NCBI GenBank assembly: GCA_048938445.1
Contig: JBHLME010000002.1
Coordinates: forward strand, 16,092-80,091
DNA length: 64,000 nt
Reading direction: 5' to 3'
Source: Promethearchaeota archaeon
GTDB taxonomy: Archaea; Asgardarchaeota; Lokiarchaeia; Sigyniarchaeales; SOKP01
The first letter of the stretch is position 1, and each line of letters begins with the position of its first letter. Made by a program: the position numbers and the translations under genes. Below the pieces are notes generated by a model. That model was not told the origin of the DNA and did not search any database. It saw nothing but the letters and a program-made list of their open reading frames with translations. This document shows positions 1 through 9,570 of the stretch, piece by piece.

Positions 1-209
1 TTAATAATTCCTAATACATAATATTCGAAAATAAAACTGTTTTAAGGTGTAATTGATACCGGCAAGTGCCTTCTTAAGATGTCGAGAGAAGAATTATTAA
101 TTTGAGTCGACTCTAAGATTGATCACTTCAATTGATTTTTTTTATAAACATTAAAATTTTTATATTTAGAATTTATATTGGTAATAAGTATTATTTTTAT
201 TAAGTTATC

Positions 210-737
210 ATGACTTTTGAAAGGACCTTTAAGGTCATTATTTTTGGAGATGCTGGTACTGGAAAGACTACTTTAACTCATAGATTTTTGACTAATTTAT
301 TTTTACCAAATGCAGCTTCTACTATTGGAGTTGAATTTCAATTAAAATTGCTCGAAATCGATGAAAAGAAAATTAAACTTCAGATTTGGGATTTTGCGGG
401 AGAAGAAAGATTTCGATTTCTATTACCTTCATATGTTAAGGGAGCAAGTGGAGCCGTCTACATGTATGACATAACAAACTATTCCTCCTTAGCTCATGTG
501 GATGATTGGTTCTCAATAGTTGATAAATACAAAACTGTCCCCAATCTTCCTGTAATTTTTATTGGAGGGAAGACAGATCTTAATCATTATAAAGAAGTAT
601 CAACTAAAAAAGCAATGGAAATTGCAAAGTCTAAAAATGCCCAAGGATTTATTGAATGTAGTAGTAAAACGGGTGAAAATGTCAATATAATATTTGATTT
701 ATTAGCCAGGAAAATTCTTGAAATAGTCGAGAAATAG
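210..737 (+). CDS. Rab-like small GTPase (Ras superfamily)
   Basis: G1 GDAGTGKT, TIGVEF, KLQIWDFAGEERFR, G4 GGKTD, G5 ECSSK; no C-terminal prenylation motif. Confidence 0.93.
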   Translation: MTFERTFKVIIFGDAGTGKTTLTHRFLTNLFLPNAASTIGVEFQLKLLEIDEKKIKLQIWDFAGEERFRFLLPSYVKGASGAVYMYDITNYSSLAHVDDWFSIVDKYKTVPNLPVIFIGGKTDLNHYKEVSTKKAMEIAKSKNAQGFIECSSKTGENVNIIFDLLARKILEIVEK

Positions 738-881
738 ACAAATTTTTATTTTCAATCATATAAAATCAATTTAAAATATTAACAGTTTATTAAATATTTA
801 CATGTTAAATTTAAATTTCACTTAAAAAAGAATATATATGATACATTTTATTATATTATAATAATTTGGTGATTAAGTAAC

Positions 882-1097
882 ATGAGCATAGAAAAATTAG
901 AAGAAGAAATAGATAAACTTCAAGATGAAAGAGAAAGCCTCGAAGAAAATTGTGATACTTTAGATCTATGTAAAGAAGATGATGGATGTAGTAAATGCGA
1001 TATTTTCAAAAAAATTGATGCAATCGACGAAAAAATAGAAGAGTTGGAAGAAAAAATAGAAGATTTAATGGAAGACGATGAAGAAGACGATGAATAA
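882..1097 (+). CDS. Small acidic coiled-coil protein with a central Cys cluster
   Basis: 71-aa ORF with GGTGA SD-like motif upstream; two heptad-rich helices flank C-x5-C-x5-C-x2-C; Asp/Glu tail. Confidence 0.7.
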   Translation: MSIEKLEEEIDKLQDERESLEENCDTLDLCKEDDGCSKCDIFKKIDAIDEKIEELEEKIEDLMEDDEEDDE

Positions 1098-1277
1098 TTC
1101 TATTTCTAGACTATATTTACCTAATTTTAATTTTTTCTTTTACTAATTAATATTAAAACATTCAAAATCCGATTTATATCTAAAATAGACATATAATACT
1201 ATAAGATATGAAATAAAGAAATAAAAAAATAAATATATATAATACTATTTCAATTTAATTGATTCCTACTTACATGA

Positions 1278-2570
1278 TTAGAATTCCATAATTTTATATA
1301 GTTTTCTAAAAGCCATTGCCATGATATATTGTTGAATTTGACGAGAACCACCAACGATTTCTTGAATTCTTGAAATTCCAACATAATCGTGGCTTAGTAG
1401 GTTATCACCTAGTCCCGCACCACCCATTAAGTTAGCTGCTTCATAACAGACTTCAGAAGATAAATTCGTTGCTTGGTATTTAAGTTGACTGGCTGCTGTT
1501 ACCATCGCTTGTTGGATATTTCCAGGAATTGAACCACCATATTTTTCAGTTTTTTCATCAAAAGATTCACAGAATTTTAACATGGCTAATGTTAAATTCG
1601 TTGTTTTTGCCCATAAGTCAGCAAGGGTAAAACCAACACCTTGGAATGATAATATTATTTTATCAAATTGTTTCCTTAAATTAACATAGATTCCTGCATG
1701 TGTAAGAGCACCCCAACATTGAGCAACTGCTCCGAATGCAATTCCAATTCTTTCTGGGACTAAACCTTCAAAAAGATGTTCTCGCCCCTTTCCTACTCCA
1801 CCTAAGACATATTCTTTTGGAACTCTGAGATTTACCAATGTTTCTTTACCAAGATAAAGTTTAGGAACCCATGGAATGTAGGCTCTTTGACAATTCCATC
1901 CATCCCAAGACGTGTCGATTAAAAATTGGGCCATCGTGTTACCGTTGTTTTGTTCTGCCGCAGCATAGCAAACCGCCCATTTTGCTTTAGGTGCATTGGT
2001 ATTGAAAATTTTTTCTCCATTAAGGATAAAACTTCCATCTTCTTGTTCATCACAGGTTGTTAATTGATGTACAGCATCAGAACCCCTTTCAGGTTCAGTT
2101 ATCAAGATACAACCCGGAGCAATACCTGTAACTAAATCTCTCAATGCTTCTACTCTTACTGGAATGTTATCATGATGTTCAGCAATTGGATTAACCGCTA
2201 AGACAGTAGCTCCAGCACCCATGGCAAATTGAGTATCAAAGTTATCGATGGCAAGATATCTCAAGAAATCTGCAACTGAACCATAATAATCATATGTAAT
2301 ATCACATGCTTCAAAATTATGGAATCTTGAGATATATCCTTCAGCACCAAAAGTGGGTATCCAATCGTAAACATCTTCGTCAGGTCCATGAGTAATGTTA
2401 TTTCTTTTTTCAAATTCAAGACAGAAATTTTGAACTTTCTTTAAAAAATCTAGTTGATGAGGTTTCAAGATAGCCATTAAGTTCATATTAACGAAATTAT
2501 ATCGATTTTCCAAGCTTAATTTTCCCATTATTTCGTCGTTTATTGCTTGAGCATATTCAGATTTTGGCAT
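1278..2570 (-). CDS. Acyl-CoA dehydrogenase family protein (copy 1)
   Basis: ITEPERGSDA, LNGEKIFNTNA, RKQF, MGGAG, EIVGGSRQIQ motifs. Confidence 0.93.
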   Translation of the reverse strand: MPKSEYAQAINDEIMGKLSLENRYNFVNMNLMAILKPHQLDFLKKVQNFCLEFEKRNNITHGPDEDVYDWIPTFGAEGYISRFHNFEACDITYDYYGSVADFLRYLAIDNFDTQFAMGAGATVLAVNPIAEHHDNIPVRVEALRDLVTGIAPGCILITEPERGSDAVHQLTTCDEQEDGSFILNGEKIFNTNAPKAKWAVCYAAAEQNNGNTMAQFLIDTSWDGWNCQRAYIPWVPKLYLGKETLVNLRVPKEYVLGGVGKGREHLFEGLVPERIGIAFGAVAQCWGALTHAGIYVNLRKQFDKIILSFQGVGFTLADLWAKTTNLTLAMLKFCESFDEKTEKYGGSIPGNIQQAMVTAASQLKYQATNLSSEVCYEAANLMGGAGLGDNLLSHDYVGISRIQEIVGGSRQIQQYIMAMAFRKLYKIMEF

Positions 2571-2648
2571 ATTTATTACTTCATATTTTTTTTTGCTAAT
2601 TGAAATTTAAAAATATAATTTTACTAAATGTTCATTCATTCAAAAAGG

Positions 2649-2720
2649 TTGTTAACAATGTTAGCTAACATTGTTTTTTTAAAAAAAAGCACTACTAAAC
2701 TTGTTAACAACGTTAACTAA
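2649..2720. promoter_or_regulatory. Putative operator array upstream of acyl-CoA dehydrogenase copy 1
   Basis: 20-bp direct repeat TTGTTAACAAYGTTARCTAA at 2649-2668 and 2701-2720; perfect 22-bp palindrome AACAATGTTAGCTAACATTGTT at 2654-2675. Confidence 0.55.
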
Positions 2721-2763
2721 TAATTAAAAAAAAAAACTTTTTGCTAAATTATTGTAAATAAAC

Positions 2764-4050
2764 TTATAGCATTTTATATAATTTTCTAAAGGCCATGGAC
2801 ATAATATATTGCTGAATTTGACGGGAACCGCCAACTATTTCTTGAATTCTTGAAATTCCAAGATAATCATGAGTTAACAAGTTATCACCTAGGCCAGCAC
2901 CACCCATTAAGTTAGCAGCTTCATAACATACTTCAGAAGATAAATTCGTTGCTTGATATTTAAGTTGACTTGCTGAAGCAACCATGGCTTGTTGGATATT
3001 TGCTGGAATTGAACCACCAAACTTTTCAGTTTTTTCATCAAAAGCTTCGCAGAATTTCAACATTGCTAATGTCAAATTTGTCGTTTTTGCCCATAAATCA
3101 GCAATGGTAAAACCAACACCTTGGAATGTTAATATAACCTTATCAAATTGTTTCCTCAAATTGACATAGATTCCCGCATGTGCAAGAGCACCCCAGCATT
3201 GAGCGATAGCACCAAAAGCAATTCCGATTCTTTCAGGGACCAATCCTTCAAAAAGATGTTCTCGACCCTTTCCTACTCCACCCAAGACATATTCCTTTGG
3301 AACTCTGAGATTTACCAATGTTTCTTTACCAAGATAGAGTTTAGGAACCCAAGGGATATAAGCTCTTTGACAATTCCAACCATCCCAAGACGTGTTAATT
3401 AAAAATTGGGCCATAGTGTTACCGTTATTTTGTTCTGCCGCAGCATAACAAACTGCCCATTTTGATTTAGGTGCATTAGTATTGTAAATTTTTTCACCAT
3501 TAAGGATAAAACTTCCATCTTCTTGTTCATCGCAGGTTGTTAATTGATGTACAGCATCAGAACCCCTTTCAGGTTCAGTTATTAAGATACAACCAGGGGC
3601 AACACCAGTAACTAAATCTCTTAAGGCATCTACTCTTACAGGAATATTTTCATGATGTTCAACGATTGGGTTCACTGCTAAGACAGTAGCTCCAGCACCC
3701 ATGGCAAATTGAGTATCAAAGTTATCAATGGCAAGATATCTCAAGAAATCTGCAACTGAACCATAGTAGTCGTAAGTAACATCACAAGCTTCAAAATTAC
3801 GGAATCTTGAGATATATCCTTCAGCACCAAAAGCTGGTATCCAATCGTAAACATCTTCGTTAGGTCCATGTGTAATGTTATTTTTCTTCTCAAATCTCAA
3901 GCAGAATTTTTGGACTTTCTTTAAAAAATTAAACTGTTCAGGTTTTAAGATAGTCATTAAATTTGTATTGACAAAACTATACCTGTTTTTCAAGCTTAAT
4001 TTTTCCATAATCTCGTCGTTAATTGCTTGAGCATATTCAGATTTTGGCAT
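2764..4050 (-). CDS. Acyl-CoA dehydrogenase family protein (copy 2, tandem paralog)
   Basis: Same motifs as 1278-2570 and collinear with it over the full length, with few substitutions. Confidence 0.93.
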   Translation of the reverse strand: MPKSEYAQAINDEIMEKLSLKNRYSFVNTNLMTILKPEQFNFLKKVQKFCLRFEKKNNITHGPNEDVYDWIPAFGAEGYISRFRNFEACDVTYDYYGSVADFLRYLAIDNFDTQFAMGAGATVLAVNPIVEHHENIPVRVDALRDLVTGVAPGCILITEPERGSDAVHQLTTCDEQEDGSFILNGEKIYNTNAPKSKWAVCYAAAEQNNGNTMAQFLINTSWDGWNCQRAYIPWVPKLYLGKETLVNLRVPKEYVLGGVGKGREHLFEGLVPERIGIAFGAIAQCWGALAHAGIYVNLRKQFDKVILTFQGVGFTIADLWAKTTNLTLAMLKFCEAFDEKTEKFGGSIPANIQQAMVASASQLKYQATNLSSEVCYEAANLMGGAGLGDNLLTHDYLGISRIQEIVGGSRQIQQYIMSMAFRKLYKML

Positions 4051-4291
4051 TTTTAGTATTTCTCATATTTTTTTTTGAATTAAATGATAAATAACTATAA
4101 TTTGCAAAATCAAATTTAACTCAAAAATATTATGAAAAAGGTAAATTTTAGTTTCGATAAATGAACACTTAATATTAACAAATAGTCATCTATTTTTTGA
4201 AATCATCATTAAACATAATGAAAAATTTACAATTTGAAGTATTCTATCAATTATCTTTTAATTTCATAGAATTATAATGAATTAAATGGAA

Positions 4292-5041
4292 TTAACAAAT
4301 TAATTTTCTAAGTCTCTGTGAAAATTTTTTCCCAATTATTAGACCTGTCTCAAATGGACAATTACTTTTGAATTGAACAACGGAAATGAAATTTTCATCA
4401 ATTCCCACTAAATTTAATATACCAAAATCCTCTAAAGAGATAAGTTCGTTAACTTGATAATTTCCTGTGATGAATCTCCCCTCAAGAAGTCTAATTATTT
4501 CAGAAAGAACATGAGGTTGAAGGTATGAAACAATAACCCTACCTGTTTGTGTTAGTAATGCGGAAGAAACTACAAAAGATGAAAAAGTGTGTAATTCTCT
4601 GAAGATCATTATTAGATCTTTTTGAATATCCTCTGATACTAATTTTCTACTTTTTTCCAAGATGTTTTCAATATTCTTTTCAAATTCAGTAAACCTTGAA
4701 ATCTCACCATCAAAATTCTCTATTATGGAAGAATCATACTTTTCAATAAATTGATCCTTGATTTCCATTAATTGATTCCTGAGTTCTACTAAATTATCTG
4801 TTCGATCACTAAACAGAGCAAATAACAATTCATCAGAAGCGATTCTTTCGATTTCAAAAATAAATCTAAATACACCCACTTCTATTTCTGAGATCTCAGA
4901 TGTTTTAAGTGTTTCCTTGACGAATGAAAAAATAGCACTTAGGAAGCTACTTGTTAATTGTACATTAAACACATCTTCATAAGTCTTGTAAAAAATTAGT
5001 TCTCCCGTGTTTGCTTTCATCACGAAAATACTTTTAATCAT
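4292..5041 (-). CDS. Longin-like domain fused to a roadblock-like domain
   Basis: N-half MIKSIFVMKANTGELIF...LTSSFLSAIFSFVKE...FDGEISRF (Asgard longin pattern); C-half VVSSALLTQTGRVIVS (roadblock pattern). Confidence 0.65.
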   Translation of the reverse strand: MIKSIFVMKANTGELIFYKTYEDVFNVQLTSSFLSAIFSFVKETLKTSEISEIEVGVFRFIFEIERIASDELLFALFSDRTDNLVELRNQLMEIKDQFIEKYDSSIIENFDGEISRFTEFEKNIENILEKSRKLVSEDIQKDLIMIFRELHTFSSFVVSSALLTQTGRVIVSYLQPHVLSEIIRLLEGRFITGNYQVNELISLEDFGILNLVGIDENFISVVQFKSNCPFETGLIIGKKFSQRLRKLIC

Positions 5042-5175
5042 TTTTTTATAGAGTTCTCAGTAATTTGTGAATTTGTTATTCAAATGAAAAATGTTTTTTA
5101 ATTGTATAATGTATTTAAGATATTAAAATCTAAGTAATGAATAAAAAAGGATCAATGAAGGAACAAAATTTTTTA

Positions 5176-5907
5176 TTAAAATCCATCAAATTTTGACCAT
5201 TCATCTTCATCATCAAATTCATCATATTCTTCAGCTTCTTCTTCATCACTACCCTCATCCTCAACTTCAGCAGCCTCTTCTTCCTCTACTTCCAATTCAT
5301 CATCAAAACTTATTGCTTGATCTAAATCCGCTATTGTTGCTTCTGGAGCTACGACCTCTGGTATTGGTTCCTTTATATCTCTCTTCTTTTCTACTAATTT
5401 TAAGTAATCACCATGAATTTTAATAGTGATTGGCGTCTCTTCTTGTAAAAGTCTCACGACAACTTCTTCACTACTTGAGGTATCATGTGGCATTCTCATC
5501 ACGATTGCTCTTGAACCTTCAAAAACACCACTAATTATTTCCACGGTATCACCTACGGATATAAATTCTGTCACGCTTCTTGGAAGGAGTACGTGCTTGA
5601 GTTCAGTGAGTTTTATATTTTGGACAATCCTACCTTTAATATGTGGAATGCCTTGAACAGCAATTTGAACGTCTCTTTTTTGAGGAGCTTCAAAAAAGAT
5701 ATAACCGGGCAATAAAGAACTAACAAGCATTGCTTTTATATCTGGAATGGTATCAAGAATACTAAATCTATAGAAAATCTGTTTTAAAATATTTGCCTCT
5801 TGATTAATTGTGGTTCGAACAGCAAATAACGTTGTAAAATCCTCTATATCTTCTGTTGATGTTAAATTTTCTATATTAAACTCATTTTCTCCTTCATCAT
5901 TTTCCAT
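5176..5907 (-). CDS. spt5: Transcription elongation factor Spt5/NusG
   Basis: NGN domain (FAVRTTINQE, LPGYIFFEA) plus KOW (VGDTVEIISGVFEG); acidic N- and C-terminal extensions. Confidence 0.85.
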   Translation of the reverse strand: MENDEGENEFNIENLTSTEDIEDFTTLFAVRTTINQEANILKQIFYRFSILDTIPDIKAMLVSSLLPGYIFFEAPQKRDVQIAVQGIPHIKGRIVQNIKLTELKHVLLPRSVTEFISVGDTVEIISGVFEGSRAIVMRMPHDTSSSEEVVVRLLQEETPITIKIHGDYLKLVEKKRDIKEPIPEVVAPEATIADLDQAISFDDELEVEEEEAAEVEDEGSDEEEAEEYDEFDDEDEWSKFDGF

Positions 5908-6072
5908 TTTTCATCACTTCTTGCTTATTGAATTTGATTATTTTTAATTTTGTTTTTTTATTCATTGGAAAAATAAGAACATGATAATAATGGGATTTCT
6001 ATGTTAAAAATTTTACTTTTTTTTATGAATTCCCTTTTGTCTCAATATAAATTAGCAATTAGAAATTCAAGA

Positions 6073-6462
6073 TTAGAAGGAGATATTATTAATATCTAAA
6101 ATTTGTGGAATTTTATTATTTCTATCAAGCCAAGCTATTTCATGGCGCATGTATCTCCATGTAATTTCACATTTACCGAGGTTATCTTTAGTTTCAGTTT
6201 CCCATTCCCATGGATTAATTATCACTAAGTCACCTACTCTAATCCATACTCTTTTTTTTATTTTTCCTCGAATTCGTCCTATTCTATGCTTTCCATCTTC
6301 ACAAAAAACCTGCATTCTTTCATTTCCATAGATCTCTACCACTCGTCCAAACATCTCTCCCATTTTTTTATTTGGAAATTTAACACGCGTTATTTCAGGA
6401 GTGGCATCTTGAGCACCACGTTTTTGTTTTCCTTTCTTTTCAGTTTTTTTTTTCTTTGCCAT
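6073..6462 (-). CDS. eif1a: Translation initiation factor aIF-1A
   Basis: CEDGKHRIGRIRGKIKKRVWIRVGDLVIINPWE, ITWRY. Confidence 0.95.
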   Translation of the reverse strand: MAKKKKTEKKGKQKRGAQDATPEITRVKFPNKKMGEMFGRVVEIYGNERMQVFCEDGKHRIGRIRGKIKKRVWIRVGDLVIINPWEWETETKDNLGKCEITWRYMRHEIAWLDRNNKIPQILDINNISF

Positions 6463-6504
6463 AATTACTATTCCAATATATATGATTAATTTAATAGTTT
6501 ACCA

Positions 6505-6840
6505 TTATATCTTGTCGTCTGGCTTATAAGCGCTTTTAATGAATACAATTTTAATTGGCTTATCGGAAGGATTTTTTATGTTATGCATCTCTTTTGGTTC
6601 TAATAAAAAAGCACTCCCTTCTGGAGCATCATGTTCTATATCATTGATTATAATGATTCCATCTCCTTCTATGAAATAGAAAGTTTCATCAAGTTCCAGA
6701 TGGCCATGAGCTTTATCTGCCATAAATTCACCAGGTTTGAGGAAAATAACACCCCAATCTATGCTGGGTCCACGCATTAAATATTTTACACCACTTTCTC
6801 CGCCTCTATATTCAAAATCATTTTCATTTACTTTTTTAAT
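6505..6840 (-). CDS. Cupin domain protein; probably starts at ATT 6840 (ORF track start 6777)
   Basis: HGHLELDETFYFIEG...LEPKEMHNI cupin motifs; the frame stays open upstream as IKKVNENDFEYRGGESGVKYL, preceded by AGGTG. Confidence 0.8.
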   Translation of the reverse strand: MKKVNENDFEYRGGESGVKYLMRGPSIDWGVIFLKPGEFMADKAHGHLELDETFYFIEGDGIIIINDIEHDAPEGSAFLLEPKEMHNIKNPSDKPIKIVFIKSAYKPDDKI

Positions 6841-6949
6841 AAATCGACACCTATAATCTATTTTAATTAAGATAAAATTATCTAAACATTAAATAAATAT
6901 AATATTTTAGTATTTAAACCATTTTAATTCTTTTTATTGATAAGAATTA

Positions 6950-8161
6950 TTATAAAGCATTTATAAGAATTTGCATCAATTGTTTTTTATCCGTCTCTCT
7001 TGGATTATTTTCCAATGAACTCCCTGTTGTATCCTTTACAATATCATTAAGATGTTCTTTACTAATTCCAACATCAGATAAATGTAATGGAATGTTGATA
7101 TATTCAAAAATGTCTTTTAATTTTTCAATTGCCCATTCTGCTTGCCCTTTTAATTCTTTAGGTAATACCTTCGAACAACTACCATGATCAGTAAGAATTT
7201 TTTGTTTATGAAACAGTCTTGCAATCCAAGAATAAGCTTTTACAACGGTATCTATTTCAATGTTAAATCTCATTACGTGAGGTAAAAGAAGCCCACATAT
7301 TAGGCCATGAGCAATATCATGTTTTATGCCAATTGGATGGGCAAATCCATGAACTGCTCCAAGTTTACCATTAGCAAATGAAATTGCACCTAATAAACTC
7401 CCAAGCATCATCTTTTCTCTTAAACCTATGTTAGATAAATCATCATATACAAGTGGTAAGTTTTCTCCTAACAATTCTATTGATTTTCTCGCAAAAAAAT
7501 CTGAGATGAAATTTGCACTTTTTGAAACAAGTGATTCTATAGCTTGAACTAACGCATCAGCGCCAGAATATGCAGTGTACTTCTTTGGTAAAGATAAAGT
7601 CAATTCAGGATCTAATAACGCTAAATTTGCCCACAATCCACGAATACTCTTTTTTAATCCAGTTTGTTTATTCTTTATGACGGAATTATTTGTAACTTCT
7701 GAGCCAGTTCCGGAAGTAGTAGGTATTAAAATAAATGGGAGCGCCGGTTGAATAAATTCTTTGCCTGCAAGATATTCTTCCACGATTCCACCATTAGTCG
7801 CGAGCCCTGCGATTCCTTTTGCTGTATCCATGACACTTCCACCACCAATGCCTATTATGATATCACATTTTTTCTCAATAACAATCTCTTTTCCTTGGTT
7901 TATAATATGCGTAGTTGGTTCTCTAATTGCTTTATCATATAGTTCTTTTGATATGTTTTTTTCTTCTAATATTTTAATAATTTGTTCTAAATTACCTGCT
8001 TTTTTCAAAGAGGATCCTCCAGTAACTAAAAATGCTAGGGGATTTTCTATTTTTTTATATTTTAATATACTTTTTATCTCGGATCCCAATTCGTCAATTC
8101 TTCCTGTGCCAAAAATGATTTTGGGTGATATTAAATTAAAATTTATCTCAGTAATTTCCAT
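6950..8161 (-). CDS. Iron-containing alcohol dehydrogenase
   Basis: GIGGGSVMD, IPTTSGTGSEVT, DPELT, HGFAH, HGL. Confidence 0.93.
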   Translation of the reverse strand: MEITEINFNLISPKIIFGTGRIDELGSEIKSILKYKKIENPLAFLVTGGSSLKKAGNLEQIIKILEEKNISKELYDKAIREPTTHIINQGKEIVIEKKCDIIIGIGGGSVMDTAKGIAGLATNGGIVEEYLAGKEFIQPALPFILIPTTSGTGSEVTNNSVIKNKQTGLKKSIRGLWANLALLDPELTLSLPKKYTAYSGADALVQAIESLVSKSANFISDFFARKSIELLGENLPLVYDDLSNIGLREKMMLGSLLGAISFANGKLGAVHGFAHPIGIKHDIAHGLICGLLLPHVMRFNIEIDTVVKAYSWIARLFHKQKILTDHGSCSKVLPKELKGQAEWAIEKLKDIFEYINIPLHLSDVGISKEHLNDIVKDTTGSSLENNPRETDKKQLMQILINAL

Positions 8162-8184
8162 TCTAACTCATTGGAGCAAAATTA

Positions 8185-8640
8185 TTAGCTTCTATCTATA
8201 GATAGATATTTTTTTTGTCTTAAAAAGATTACACCAATTTTCGCATTTCTTGCTTTTTTACGTAAATCTTGATCATTAGATGCCAAAAATATATTCGATC
8301 TTTCTTCTTTAAGTTCAGTAGCCTTACGTAATAAAAACTCATCTGTAGTTTCTATTTGATCCTTTATAGAATCATCAATTTCAATATTATATTGATTTTT
8401 ATTTTTATCAAGATAGATAAGTCCTGACTCTAATTGTTTATAAAATTTAGTAGCTTTTGGTTCTCTCTCTTTTTTTGCTTCTAATTCATCAAAGATTTGT
8501 CTATACACAATAAATTTTGTTCTGCCTTCCAAACGTGAATTAATATTCTCAAGGTAGTTAATTTTGAATTGGAAAGGAAGAAAAATAAAATTAGAATCTA
8601 TTATAACAAGGTTTTCATAATGAATATTTTTAGGGCTCAA
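8185..8640 (-). CDS. PIN-domain ribonuclease, Fcf1/Utp24-like
   Basis: IIDSNF, IFDELE, TDEFLL, LASNDQDLRKKAR, GVIFLRQKKYL; TTG start overlaps the Rab stop. Confidence 0.8.
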   Translation of the reverse strand: MSPKNIHYENLVIIDSNFIFLPFQFKINYLENINSRLEGRTKFIVYRQIFDELEAKKEREPKATKFYKQLESGLIYLDKNKNQYNIEIDDSIKDQIETTDEFLLRKATELKEERSNIFLASNDQDLRKKARNAKIGVIFLRQKKYLSIDRS

Positions 8641-9158
8641 AAAACTTGTCGCTCTAATATTTTTTTAGTTAATTTTTCAAAAGCAAAGTTAACGTTTTCA
8701 CCAGATTTACTTGAAATTTTTATAAAATCAAATAAATTAAAAGCTTCTTGAAAAGATTGAGCATAATCATCATCAACCATTATTTCTTCTGTTAAATCTA
8801 ACTTTGTTCCAACAAATAACACTGGAAGATCAGGATCACCCTTCCGAACTATATTTATCCATTGCTCTAAATTATCTAACGTTATTGGACGAGTGAGATC
8901 AAACATTAAAAGAGCACCTTTAGCCCCCAAAACGTAGCTTTCAAGGAGGAATCTAAACCGCTCTTGACCACCAAAATCCCAAAGTTGTAGGGTTGCGGCA
9001 TTTCCATCCACTTCAGTTTCTTTTAAAAAAAACTCCACTCCAATTGTCATCTTTGTTTCTGCACTGAATTTGCCTTCAACATATCTATGCAGAAGCGTGG
9101 TTTTTCCAACGCCACCTTCCCCCGCTGTTAGAATCTTCAGTATGAACTTTTTCGGCAT
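8637..9158 (-). CDS. Rab-like small GTPase
   Basis: GEGGVGKT, TIGVEF, LQLWDFGGQERFR, GTKLD, ISSK. Confidence 0.93.
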   Translation of the reverse strand: MPKKFILKILTAGEGGVGKTTLLHRYVEGKFSAETKMTIGVEFFLKETEVDGNAATLQLWDFGGQERFRFLLESYVLGAKGALLMFDLTRPITLDNLEQWINIVRKGDPDLPVLFVGTKLDLTEEIMVDDDYAQSFQEAFNLFDFIKISSKSGENVNFAFEKLTKKILERQVF

Positions 9159-9570
9159 CGTGTTCCTATATCATATATGTGTTTTCTTTAAACTGAAATA
9201 TAAGATAATAGATAGTTATTGTTAATATTATTATTAAAATTTTTATATCTTTTATTTCTAGGTATATAATTTCATGTATTTTAATTTATTTTTTTAAAAT
9301 AAATTAATTTTTACATGCTATCGTATTTTATTCACAGTTTATTATTTAATTTAGAAATGATAGAAGTGATAAATAAATATTTGTTAATCAAAAAAAGTGA
9401 GATATAATAACACATATTTTTTAAGGTCAGTTTTATTTAAAAACAAAAACTCAAAAGGATTAGAGTTATTTCACAATTTATTTCTATTGAAGATAAAAAT
9501 TATTTTATGTTTCGAAATCTTATAAGTAATTAAATATATTTACCGTAATGTATTCAAAAGGTGGAAAAAA

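Noticed and set aside
7761-8201. Longer antisense ORFs in the track (e.g. 7761-8201, 31368-31787, 53825-54154, 62673-63173)
   Set aside because: They lie opposite well-supported genes and have no protein motifs.
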